From Podarcis gaigeae (taxonomy: Eukaryota), in assembly GCA_964106915.2 (NCBI GenBank), contig OZ066914.1: 63,964 nt of DNA; one strand, written 5' to 3'. The notes beneath the pieces are model-generated. The model worked only from the letters and a program-made list of their open reading frames with translations, ran no database searches and was not told where the DNA came from. A program made the translations under genes and the position numbers. This document shows, piece by piece, positions 36,566-48,300 of the stretch (position 1 is its first letter; the number at the start of each line of letters is the position of its first letter).

Positions 36566-37713
36566 GGGCCGCCGCCCACCCCCTCACGCGGCCTGGCCTC
36601 CCTCGCGCCACGGGCCTCGGCCAGTCGCTGCCCCAGAAGCCACCTGGAAGAGAGAGAAGCGGGATGGGGGCGGGTCGCAGAGGCAAGAGAGAAACAAGAC
36701 AACCGTCAGTGAGGGAGCGGGGAGGGCGCGCGCCTGAGGGGAAAGCGGGAAGCGGTTTCCTCACACGTTGGCAACTACCTAGGAGGGCAAAGGGCTCAGG
36801 AACAGCTGCCCTCTTATACAAACACACACACCGTTGCAGTTTCACCTTCACACACACATTTCCCGTTCCAAATTCACCTTCACGACACAGACACTCCATT
36901 CCAATTTCACCTTCTCACACTCCTTTCCAGTTTCGCCATCACAACACCACACAAGCTCTTTCGATTTCACCTTCACACCACACGCACAAACACATGCCAG
37001 TCATATGTTCACAAGGCTACCTCATAAAACACTTCCGTGGCCTCATTTGGCACGCCTCTCACAAGTCTTATTAATTGTTTATTAATCAAATTAATACACT
37101 GCCCTCCTGCAAGATCTCAAGGCGGCTCACAGAATAAAATACAAGATAAAATGCGTGTAAATATTTAAACCAAGACATCAAAACGATAACTCCGCCTTTC
37201 CATAGACATATTTAAAAGGCTGTGGAATATTAATCAGCCAAGGACCTGGTTGAAGAGGAGCGTTTTAGCCTGGCGCCTCAAAATATGTAATGAAGGCACC
37301 AGGCGAATCTCCTTGGGGGAAGCATTTCACAACCAGGGAACCAGTATAGATTCTCTTCATACATTCATGATCTATACTAGGGCCAAGCTCACAGGCTCGT
37401 GCACGTTCTGATCATGTGGAACTCCTGAACGCGCCATGAAAATCACACACGCGTGTACACTTGGATGGAATCCAGAGGCAATCCGTGCATCCCCTCGCCC
37501 CTTCTCAAGCGTGCACAAAACGGACAAAACCAGAGGGCTCTGCGAAGGTGCTGTCTCGGAACAGGTGCAAACTTATTTATAATGCTCACAGAAACAGTGG
37601 TCCAGCTGTGTTCTGAGATTCGAGCAATCTCCCCAACAGAGGGGGAAAGTTGCTTTGTCGCACACATGCATACACACGATCTTCGTACCCATTCTCCCTT
37701 GCCAGTAAGAGTC

Positions 37714-37912
37714 CATAGGAACCAACTCCTAGGGGCCGAGGAGCTCCCTTCAGCCCCCCAATAAAATATTTGAGGGAGTCAACCCTCCTCCCAAAGTTGA
37801 TAGACATTGTCATTTAAACAGTGTATGCGCGCCATGTCATGTGATTAGTTATGTGGGTCGGGGTTTACCTGCGCGGCCCCCCCCCCATATTTTATTTAAG
37901 TTGGCGTCCCTG
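37714..37912 (-). mobile_element. hAT-type MITE (family A) sharing its right flank with the 21369 copy
   Basis: CATAGGAACCAACTCC...AAGTTGGCGTCCCTG; no matching TSD on its own. Confidence 0.72.
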
Positions 37913-40900
37913 TTTCCAGGGGTCTGAAGGGTGGTTCGGCTCTAGCGTAGCACCCTAGAAAAGCATTTTGTTGTGGCAGGAAGTGCGTAAGGCCAGTGTA
38001 GTAGCATAACTCTGCACAGAACGGTAGCCTTTATATTTCTTCCCTGCACACAGTCCCCATCCCCCACGGTTTCTTTCACACATGCACCACGTGGTAAACA
38101 ACCCTCATACAGCATCCTTGCATCGCCTCTTCCGCTGGGTCCCTTGTCGGAAATCTTGCCCAGCCCAAACTATCATATGACTCCCCCTCTCCCTCATCAC
38201 TGCTCCTCCCTCTCCCCTAGCAAGAAAGTAACTGGGTGCCCTCTCCTGCCAATTCTCACGGACGTTTTTTGCACGCTCTCTAATACAGTATAGTGCATTT
38301 CACCATTGGCCTCGCTTACCAATCATCCTCCCTTCTCTCTCTCAAGAGCGCATTCCAGAACAATTAGCAATGCACCCCGCTCTTAAACACAGTTAACCGG
38401 GGTGCACGATCCATTGGAATCAATGGTTTTCTTCTCTTCCAGGTATAGGTTTCGGGAATCGGGTGTAAAGAAATGAGTGGTCCAGAGCCATTATGCCACA
38501 GTGGCATGGGTTTTGAACTCTTGCCGCTGGAAGTGTACAACTCTGAAATAAATTGTACCGGCCTCCAACTAACAGTGTGGGGGGTGGGTGACTCTACAGC
38601 GAAAAGAGATGCCCAAACCAAGCCGAATACAGTAATGGATAAACGGGTCTCTGAAGAGTTAGGAAGGCATAGGTCCTTCTGTACAATGTTCCCTTTGTCC
38701 AGCTAGGGTGAGGAGGAGTGAAATGTTTGCCCCTGATTTCCCAAAAACAGAGTGTTAAAGGATGGCTTTCCATAACTTTATTTTAGTATTACAATAAACT
38801 GATGTTATTCCTAATGTAATGGGTGTGGATGTTTGTTTTTTAAAGGATCAGGTATTTTGCAAAGAAGGAAGAATTATCATTTAGCTTGGCGTGCTAAATT
38901 ACCTTGGATCAGCTGTTACAAAAATAAGTTTGTTCAAGTGATTTCATTTCTAGCCTTCAAATTCTTACTGCTTTTGCATATCTATTTTTTTACGGTGCTC
39001 GAAAACCAAACACTTCTACAATATTATTTTCTTCTACCATATTATTATATATCTCTTTATTTTCCCGGAGGCATTTTTTATGGGCTCTACATTCTATCCC
39101 TTTGCCATTTTGGTATAAATATTAACCAACATTTTGTTGTTGTTCCTTTTTTGTCTCTTCACTCCCCCACCCTTGGGGTTTTATTTTTTCCTCAAGTCAC
39201 GCATGCGCGCGACTATTTGTGAGCCAGGAGTGACATGATGGATTGAACCAGAACTGGAACCTGAAAAACCAGAGAAAATTCCATCTCTATTGTAAATCCT
39301 GTCTCTTGGTGTTTTGCTTTGTTTTTCCTGGGAAGATCTCTACGAAGTTAAAGTGTAACTAAGGGCATTCAATAACTTTCATTTGCAATATAAAGAAGAA
39401 ATACATAGGTCAGCTACCTTAGCTCCTAGTCTTTAGAGATATTTCAACTAAGGTTTCTTGCAGATTGTTTTGACGCAAAAGCTATCTAAAGTAGAGAGAA
39501 GCGATTTCCAGGGCAGGGTTTTTCGCTGCAAAGGTCTCTTGTTTGTTTACTACCATGCAGGAAAGATTCCTGGTTGGGGAAATCCCTTATTACTGTATTA
39601 TGTAGCATTAGATCTCCACTATTTCCTTTATATAAAAACCTGCATTTTGTGGGTGTTGGAAGAAGGGATTGTTCTTCAGTTATGGGGAAAGACCACTCTC
39701 CCCCCCTTATTTTCTAGATTCTGATGAGTGTGCTTAGACATATCTGTGGCCCAAAATATAAAAATATGTGTGCGGTGCTCAGAGTTATGGGCTTAGACTG
39801 GAAAAACTTGGGTTCCTTTCTCCATTAAACCCAGAAGCACCCTGGGTAACTTTGGCCAGCCACTATATCTCAAACTAAACTACTTTATAGGGAAATTCTG
39901 GAGATAAAATGGATTGGGGAATGTATGGAGACCCAAGCTTTTTGGAGCAGAATTCAATAGATAAATAGATAATTGCTTATCAGTGTATATTTGGATACCT
40001 TGTATGAAGCATACAGTATATTTTTAATAGGCCAGTCCATTGAATTTACATCTGTGCTTAGAACTGAGATGTCTAGGAAATATTTTCTGAAACTCCTAAT
40101 TTCCAAAGATGAAAAGTGTCATTTGCAATCAGTGATCATTGGGTTCCTAGCACATCACTTATAAATGTATTCCTCAGAGATAAGACTGAATTAATTCAAT
40201 TTAAATTTATTCACAAGTAAGTGATGAACAGTCCAATCCCATCCCTGTTTTATTTAGAATCTCTACTGAGTTTGTATGGGACTTTCCCCTAACAGTTAAA
40301 GTATGCACTGAATTGCATCTTTTAAGATCACAACCAGCAAGTAGTTGTCAGCTCCAAATGCTGTCTGAAATGCTACCCCTCAAGCAAGTTTGCTAAAGGA
40401 TGCAATTCATAAGCCTTTGAGCCTGAAGGCACAATTTCCAATTATTTAATTGTGTGGTTACAGCTTTCAACCCCTGCATTTTTGGTCCCCAAATAATCCT
40501 ATGAAATTAAAATCTCTGTGGGAGCTGACTGAGTGCTGGTGAATCTGGATGTTTACATCCGAATAAATCAGCTTATGATCACAAAATGTAGTGTTCTGAT
40601 AATGATACCAGACAAGCTGATGTCTGTCACTAGCAGCCTCCCCCAAACAGTTTTGCATTGTTTGTATTTATAGGATATCTTTCTTTTTGCCTTATATGTT
40701 TTCTGACTCCCCAATAATCATTTATGGATGTCATAGCTACAACTTAATTTATCACACAACATATTTATCATAAAACATTCCTAATTACTATGTTTTCTCA
40801 TCTTTGTCATAATCTACTACCCTCACTTTAACCTACAAAACATTCCAGGTGCCTGCATTTTAAATTGGAGAACAATAGTTGGGTGAGTTGGTTGGTTTGG

Positions 40901-41134
40901 ACACATTTTGGTTCTTTCAGTTAGGTTCCTTACAGTGTAATCCTATACATGTCCACTCAGAGGAAAGACCTTTTTAGGATAAATGATAAATCGTTCCTAG
41001 GTAAGGCAGTATTAATTTCAGCCTAAGAGTGGTGACTTTTTTAAAAAGGCAACTTTAAATAAAATACAATTTAGGACATATTCCATATATCCATTCCACC
41101 TCCTTCAGAAATCTAAAATATAGTGAGCACTTCT

Positions 41135-41260
41135 AGAAGGGGTAGCAGTGTTAGCCTGTTACAACAAAAACATCAAAGTCTCGTGGGACTTTTCAGGCTG
41201 ACACATTTATTGTGGCATAAGCTTTCTTGGTCTTGAAGTCCCCTTCATCAGATGCATGAA
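41135..41260 (-). mobile_element. Degenerate Penelope-like terminal fragment
   Basis: Minus strand CTGATGA...GAAAGCTTATGCCACAATAAA, a decayed hammerhead-like core plus polyA signal. Confidence 0.55.
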
Positions 41261-41665
41261 GTTTTTTCCTCAAACACTGGGATAAATTTATATCTATAAA
41301 CACACACGGTTTGTTGCAAAATGCCATGAAATACAAGAAGGATACGGATTTTTTAATTTTTAACAAAGATGAAGAAAGACCAATAAGGAGTTACATGATT
41401 TCCTTCCATGTATCTAATCACGTTGAATCACTTATTTATTCACGAATGATCATCTATAATCAGAAAGTTCAACCCTCAGCCATTTACAAATTCACTGGTA
41501 GTCTGCTCTGAATTGTTTTTATTTATTTCAACCCAGCACCCTCTCGCTGCCTCCTGCTTCATTCACCAAAACCAGGTTTCTCCCAAATAGCGCACGAAGC
41601 CTTCAGAGAGAATATTGCTGCAAAACTGAGGAGCTTTATTTCTTTTCTGAAATACCAACTGCTTG

Positions 41666-41682
41666 TGAACTCTGCTTGAACC
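41666..41682 (-). promoter_or_regulatory. DR5 retinoic acid response element (Hox3-type RARE)
   Basis: GGTTCA-agcag-AGTTCA on minus; next to TGATTTAT (Hox/Pbx-type) and ACAATG (Sox-type) motifs at about 41703-41721. Confidence 0.85.
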
Positions 41683-42416
41683 TAACAAGGAGGCAAAGGG
41701 CCATAAATCACATGGACAATGCTCTACTGTTTGGTGGCTCATCTTTTTAGATCTACACACACGCGCGCGCACACATTTTCTCCCTCTTTCCTTATTTTCT
41801 TTCCTTCCCTTCTCTCTTTTAAAGCAACAACAACAACCCTAATGGCACGTTTTGCTTTTGCCAGGATGTCATACGCTAAAAGCAATGGGGTTCTTTTCGT
41901 AGGTAACACCCAAGCACTTAGTGGTTTGGCCCGAACTGTTTACAAGCTGCGTGGGAGGCAGAGCAGGGAGCAGAATTCGCTCCCGAGCCTTAGGAAGCCA
42001 CAAAATATCCGTGCCCGTGTTTCGAATTTCCTTTTGCAAGCATCCGGAGAGGTTAACCTTGTCTGAACCGTTGTGCTATTAGGCAGAGTAATGGATCCCA
42101 TTGTTCCCTTACTACTACTCTCAATCCACTGCGAGGAATAATCTCTCCAAATCAAACTGACTACGGGGCGTGGGGGCGGAGAATGAGAGTCTCAGCAACT
42201 ACCTACCCCCTTCCACACACCCCTCTCTCTCTCACACACACACCCCACCACCACGCACAAAACACCACGTGCCACAGAAGAGCCCCCAAACTCCGCTTCT
42301 GACAAGTTCCCGGGCGCTGACAATTGCGTTCGATCGGATCCCCAACCCGCATATTCATACGAAGCAAGTCCTCTACTAATGCGTCCACTACACTTAATTC
42401 TGCTGGGGATCAATAC

Positions 42417-42575
42417 CTAATATGATCCCGAATAAATAAAAAGCAGTATGAGAGAGAGAGAGAGGGAGAGGGAGAGGGAGGCCGGAGGAGTGGTTAATAA
42501 GCAGCCGGAGTTCTCACTGCGCATATCAATGCACCTGTCACGGTGCTGTGTAGCAAAATTTATGACTTGCTGGCG
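42417..42575 (-). promoter_or_regulatory. Candidate HOXD3 promoter / non-coding 5' exon
   Basis: Non-repetitive block with TCATAAA, TGACAG and TTGAT motifs ending at a possible donor TAG|GTATTG (42417/42416); HOXD3 coding exon 1 has an acceptor at 36643 that needs an upstream exon. Confidence 0.45.
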
Positions 42576-43305
42576 CTAGGGCAGTAAACGCTTCAGTAAG
42601 GAATGAAAGCAGCGAAGGGGGGAAGAAGAAGTAGGAGAAGGAGAGAGAAAGAAAAAGAAGGGGGCTGGTGGGGGGGAGGGGAAAGACCTGGGCACGGCGG
42701 AGTGTAAGACAGGCTGCGTAGGAAGGGGAGACCGGCGAAAGAATGCCCCAGTCTGCAAAAAAATTCCCTTCTCTTGCAGCCTACGAGGGGGCAGATCAGT
42801 ATATAAAAGGGCCGAGCCGTTGTCCTTTTGGCGCTTTCCCCGCTTCTAAAGCAAGGCTGATATTCACACCGCGCCGTGGCAACCTCTAAGTATGTTCGGA
42901 GTCCAGGAGAAGCCCTTTTCTACCGACGGAAGGACTCTCCGGGTCTTTGCTGGGAAGAAATGCAGGGTTGAACCCAGCGATCCGCTGCGGCCGCCAGGAA
43001 AGAGCCTGAGGAAATGAGCTATTCTTCGAGGGAGGGAGGGAGAGAGAGAAATGGGTGATGGATGTAAATTGACCATAACTGCCATATTCTATCACCGTCC
43101 TACTGGATCATTTTGGCTATCACCGCCATGCTGGCAGAGGCATTGTGTATATTCGGTGTTATGAGCTTGTACACAGGAGCTCATGCGTTATGATGAGATG
43201 TAGATGCTTCTCTTCCTTCTGTTCATCTGTTTGTTTCCAGTAACTCGCAGTCTACAACATAGTCATGCTCTCTCAGTACATTGGCTCGAAGGGCATATAT
43301 ATACA

Positions 43306-43378
<73 letters not shown>

Positions 43379-43380
<2 letters not shown>

Positions 43381-43650
43381 AGGTTTTGGTGTCCTCGGGT
43401 GTCTTCCCGTGTAAAAGTTGGGGTGTCTAGGCGACGTTTCGACGAGGTCTCACTCGTCATCTTCATTCGTAGATTTTCATGGGTACAGGAATGCAGGTTT
43501 TGGTGTCCTCGGGTGTCTTCCCGTGTAAAAGTTGGAGATGACGAGTGAGACCTCGTCGAAACGTCGCCTAGACACCCCAACTTTTACACGGGAAGACACC
43601 CGAGGACACCAAAACCTGCATTCCTGTACCCGTGAAAATCTACGAAAGCA
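43379..43650. mobile_element. Penelope-like element terminal repeats in inverted arrangement
   Basis: Partial tandem minus copies (43381-43535) abut a forward copy (43536-43650); flanked by (TA)n on both sides; nearly identical to 63411-63525. Confidence 0.75.
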
Positions 43651-45240
43651 TATATATATATATATATATAGGCATAGACTTCATCTGTAGCCTTGGGGAA
43701 GATACGTCCTGTTGGGAAGAGAACTAGCTTAACACTATGTATGCTCCTTGAGTAAATCTACTTCGAGCGTAACTGTGTAGTAAACCTCGAGTTGGGGGAA
43801 CGGGGCATGATCCATTAAAAAAAGGAGCACGTTAAAACCCAACAGGTTTCAACGGCAGATATCTGAAATGCTTAGCTAGTGCGGAATCATGACTACATTT
43901 TCCTCCAGCCTTTGGTTTCATGTCCTTAGACGGTCGCTGGCATCTGCGTTTTGGGGGACCGAGCAGGACCCTTGTGGCACAGCTTCATCAAAGGCTTTTC
44001 CTAGCCCACCACCATCTTTAATAATGATCTACTGAAGCGGCATGATAGGATATCAATTCTGCTTAGGCAAAACAAAATAACCTCCGTGGCAATAACCTTT
44101 TATCTATGTACTCCAAGTATTTGTTTGAGGCCACTGAATATTAACAATATTTATTTATTTTTTTGAAAATCGATTGTCAGTTACATTATATCATGTGTAT
44201 TAGTGCTCCTAGGGGGATGAACTGCCAGGATTTTCCCCCCCCCACACACACACACAAATACACGCTTCCTGCTCCATTTAAAATCCATCATCTACTGGTA
44301 AACCTCACGTGGAGAAGGAAAAGTAACAAATGTAGCCGAAACCATATTTTTAAAAAAACAAACACTCACCACAGTTACGTTTTTTCTTGTACTGTATTTT
44401 ATCTGTAACACTTTTGATAGGATCTTCAGATTCCTTTGGAAAAAACGTGGAGATGTACCTGGAACAAAGGGGAAAACTCAGTGGATCCCCCCCCCGTCGC
44501 GTTTTTAACCAGGGGCATCATAAATAATGTATATATTAGGCAGAGCTAATACATGTATAATGCAATAGGACATGCTCCCAGATAGGTGCGCAGAGGGGCT
44601 GCTGTCCTCTTTGACTTTACGGTTTTAAGCGGGTTTCTTTTTCTTTGTTAAAAATGATGTCTAACTTTCTTTTTATTGAAATATTATACCCAAAGTGCTG
44701 GGGCAACTTTCTGAGCTTGGGATATACTCTGTGTGCAAATCTACACAGAATCAGAGTCACACGCATCCATGCACACATGCATGCTTTTCTCTCCCCCCCC
44801 CCCTTAATATTTAACCATTTGGGGAAATAAGGAATTGCAGAAGCCCTGAACTCAAACTTTCAGAATCTTTTTCACACGCACACATGCACAGGGCTCCATA
44901 GCATCTCTATGTGCCCGGCTGAGAATGGAGAAGAAATACCTCCCCCAAAATTGTAGTTGTTGTGAGCAGGAACTTTACAAGCACCCACAAAAAGCGGGTT
45001 TGGTGTACTCCAGCGCCAGTACACCCCGCGCCCCAGAAAGCCATATGCATCAGGCGTAAGAATGGAAAGCTAGCAGGGAGACCCCCGCGCCATAACCCGA
45101 GGCTCATGCATTATGTATGGATGTAGTGAGCTTGGGTATGTCACAGGGAGAAAAGCCCGGCCATCACACACCCCTTCCAGAATCTTAACAGCCCTTCTGC
45201 ACTTTTCACACGAGGGCTGCTCCATGCAAGACGCAGCCAG

Positions 45241-45306
<66 letters not shown>
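45241..45306. repeat. (ATT)n microsatellite
   Basis: About 22 ATT units. Confidence 0.95.
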
Positions 45307-48300
45307 TTGCTGATGCTAAGGAGTGATTTACCTACCCTCCCTCCCCAGAAAACCAGCTCGCGCCATTAATTTGGGGCTACCGTTACCATTTCGCATCGGA
45401 AATCTGCCAACTAAGAACTTTGAAGAACATTAACAGAGCTAGTCGGTAGGGCAAGTGGGCAGGCGGTGGGGAATCCCTCCTCGATGAAGCCTGGGTCATT
45501 ATAAAGAGAAATATCTAACAAGCATAAGCCTTTGAAATGACCTTTGGCTTGTATAGCAATAACTCACCACTTAATGAACAACCAGCGGAAGCCCCCTCCA
45601 AGAGCTGGCAAGGAATCGAGATTCCAACTTTTCTTCTCTTATCCCTCTCCAAGCCCAACTGGGAAGCAAAGCAGCCCCTTCCTTCCCTCTTTCCCCGAGC
45701 CACCTCTAATTTATGCCGACAAAGTGGAGTTTGTGAGGAAGTGGAGCTGGCTGGTCACACACGATGCTCTAACCAGATCTTCGGTTTTCCAAGGCCTGTG
45801 CCCAGCAAACGTCTTATATAATACATCCACGTGGGCGGACGTCAACTTTAAGTGGTTTTATTTATTTTTTTCGCCCTAACCCCTTTCAAAACGCAGTTCA
45901 TTAGAAATAAGCAGTGCCTCTGTGCGTGTGTACAGTATAAGAAGAAAGCTTAAGTTGAAGGGGGAGTGTGGTCAGCATCAGAGAAGCCCCTGAGCTGAAG
46001 GATCATTATTTGCATATACAAAAAAAGGCACAGACATTGTTACCCGCTGTTGATTAACGTGGTAAGTTTTCATTTTGTGTCTAATTAATTATCGACTTCT
46101 GAATCCTTCTACAGCAGCAATAAGACAACGCAGAAAGATGCTGATGGGAATCTCTCTCTCTCTCTCTCTTTAACAAAAAAACAAAGAAAGAGTAAGCCAA
46201 AGCAAATGTTTAACATGCTAGTTTGGGGTTTGTTTTGATGCGCAAACTGTCGCCCGAGTTTCCTGTTTTCTGCCGCAGCCTTGGGCGCCTCCTGAGCAGA
46301 AGCGGCTTCCAGAAACAGAGACCTCAAGCCTGAGCTCTCCCCCAAGGGCTGTCAGGGATTTGCTGAGACCCCAGGGCCGATCTCTGAGGATTCCCCAGCG
46401 CTCCCCCACTCCAAAATAGAGAGAAACGATTGAAATTTTAGGTGAAGTTCCAAGCAGGAGACTCCTCCGCCGCGTAAGGAAATGAAATGCCGCTTGTCGT
46501 AATTGGATTCAGCGAACTAACTTGTCAGGCCCGCAGCTTGGAGGCAAAAGGGACTCTAAAGGTGCGTGGAATGGGGCGGGGGTGGGTGTGGGAAAGTCGC
46601 TTGCTTCGAAACCTCTTCTGATAGAGACCAGCGCAGAACATTTACCAAAGTGCTGCTTGCTTCCCCTTTCCATTGTTTAGCGAAAATAATACGAATTAAC
46701 ACTATGTGTAGGATGTGCGGAGTGGTGGAAACTTGCGTGGGGGAGCGACATAAAGATCATGTGTCTATTCATTCCTTTTCTACATGATCATACGATGAGC
46801 TGAAAGCTATGCATTACTTCCTAGGGAGCAAGTCCCACTGAACTTAGTTGGACTTAACTTCTAAGTGAACGTCCATTAAGACTGGACTGCATGAGCAGAA
46901 CGCTGCACGCTTACGATGCAGCAAGTTTTCATTGAAATCAGTTCGATTATTCCAGGTAAAAATGCTGTGGATTCAAGAATACCGGGATGCTATTCGCAGT
47001 GCTAGCTGTAAATTCCCACTGAAATCATCTAGACTGAAATCCAAGAAAGACAGCGATCCTTTCCTTACTTACCTGGGAGTGATCTGCATTGAGTTCAATG
47101 TGCAAGATTGCTCTCAAAGTGGATTTAAACCGGAGTGGCTTTTAAGGCCCCTGATTTTAAACAGGATCGAGTTTCTTTGGATATAAAGAAACGGAGTAAA
47201 AGACAAATGAGCTATCTACCCACTCGATATTTTTAATAATGTGATCCCTGCTTGATGGCAATTGGCCGCGGTCCAGCACAGAGCTCAGTACACCTGTGTT
47301 GCAGTCCCAAAGGCACCTAGGGAGTAAGTCCCGTTGAATTCAGTGGGATTTACTTCCGAGTAAACAGGCGGCGCAGATGCGGCTGCACTGTTTGTTACTA
47401 TATGTGGGATTGGTTGCGCCTAACTCGGATGAGTTGTAGCTCTTACTTATTTCGATTATGGGGTGGTTCATACACACAGGCAGATACCCAGACCCTAGGA
47501 AACGCCGCTGTAGATGGAGCCATGAAAAATATTTCAGAAGTATGACAAAGAAGTGGTTCCCCACCCCCACCCCCCAGCATTTTGCTTTTGTTTGTTTCTT
47601 GCGGGAGGGAACAATTCAGAGAAGGTGGCAGATTCATTGTAAAACAAACGCGAAGTATGAAGGGCGAGTCAACGTTTCCAGAAAGAGCCACCAGAAGCAA
47701 TAGGCAGTGACACGATTTCCACTAGTTGTGTTTAGAATATTATATATATATATATATGCATGTGTATATACACACACATAGTGAATGAGAGAGAATTCCA
47801 TTAAGTCTGGCAGTCCGAGGCTAACAGAGCAGTCTAGAGCCATTGAAATACATAGGATGCTTGCCATAGGTCATGAATCCTAACCCAAACTGTTACTTTT
47901 TGGTTTCTTGTTTGAACACAAATATATGTCTTCCTTTGAAGTGCCTAATGGAAAATCCTCTTTCCCCCCACTTCCAGGTCACCCCAGCACTTGATGTCTT
48001 GGGTTGGGGAAATGCAACGCAGAAAAGCCCTAAGTTTACTACTACTACTACAGCCTCCACAACAACAAAACATATTATTACGTCTATACATGCATATATA
48101 TAGTTCTATAGACTACTAGCACGTTCTATTTCATCTCCCATTACCTTGGTGGTGGGGAGTGGGGGGCGGGCAGAAAAAAAGGGGATCTGGGATTCAGGAT
48201 TCCATCTTTGTTCAAGCTCATGCAGTCGCTTACCTGTATCCTAAAACTGTCCTCTTCGGTCAGAAATTGCGCGCTTTCAGCTTGGAAGATATATCCTTCC

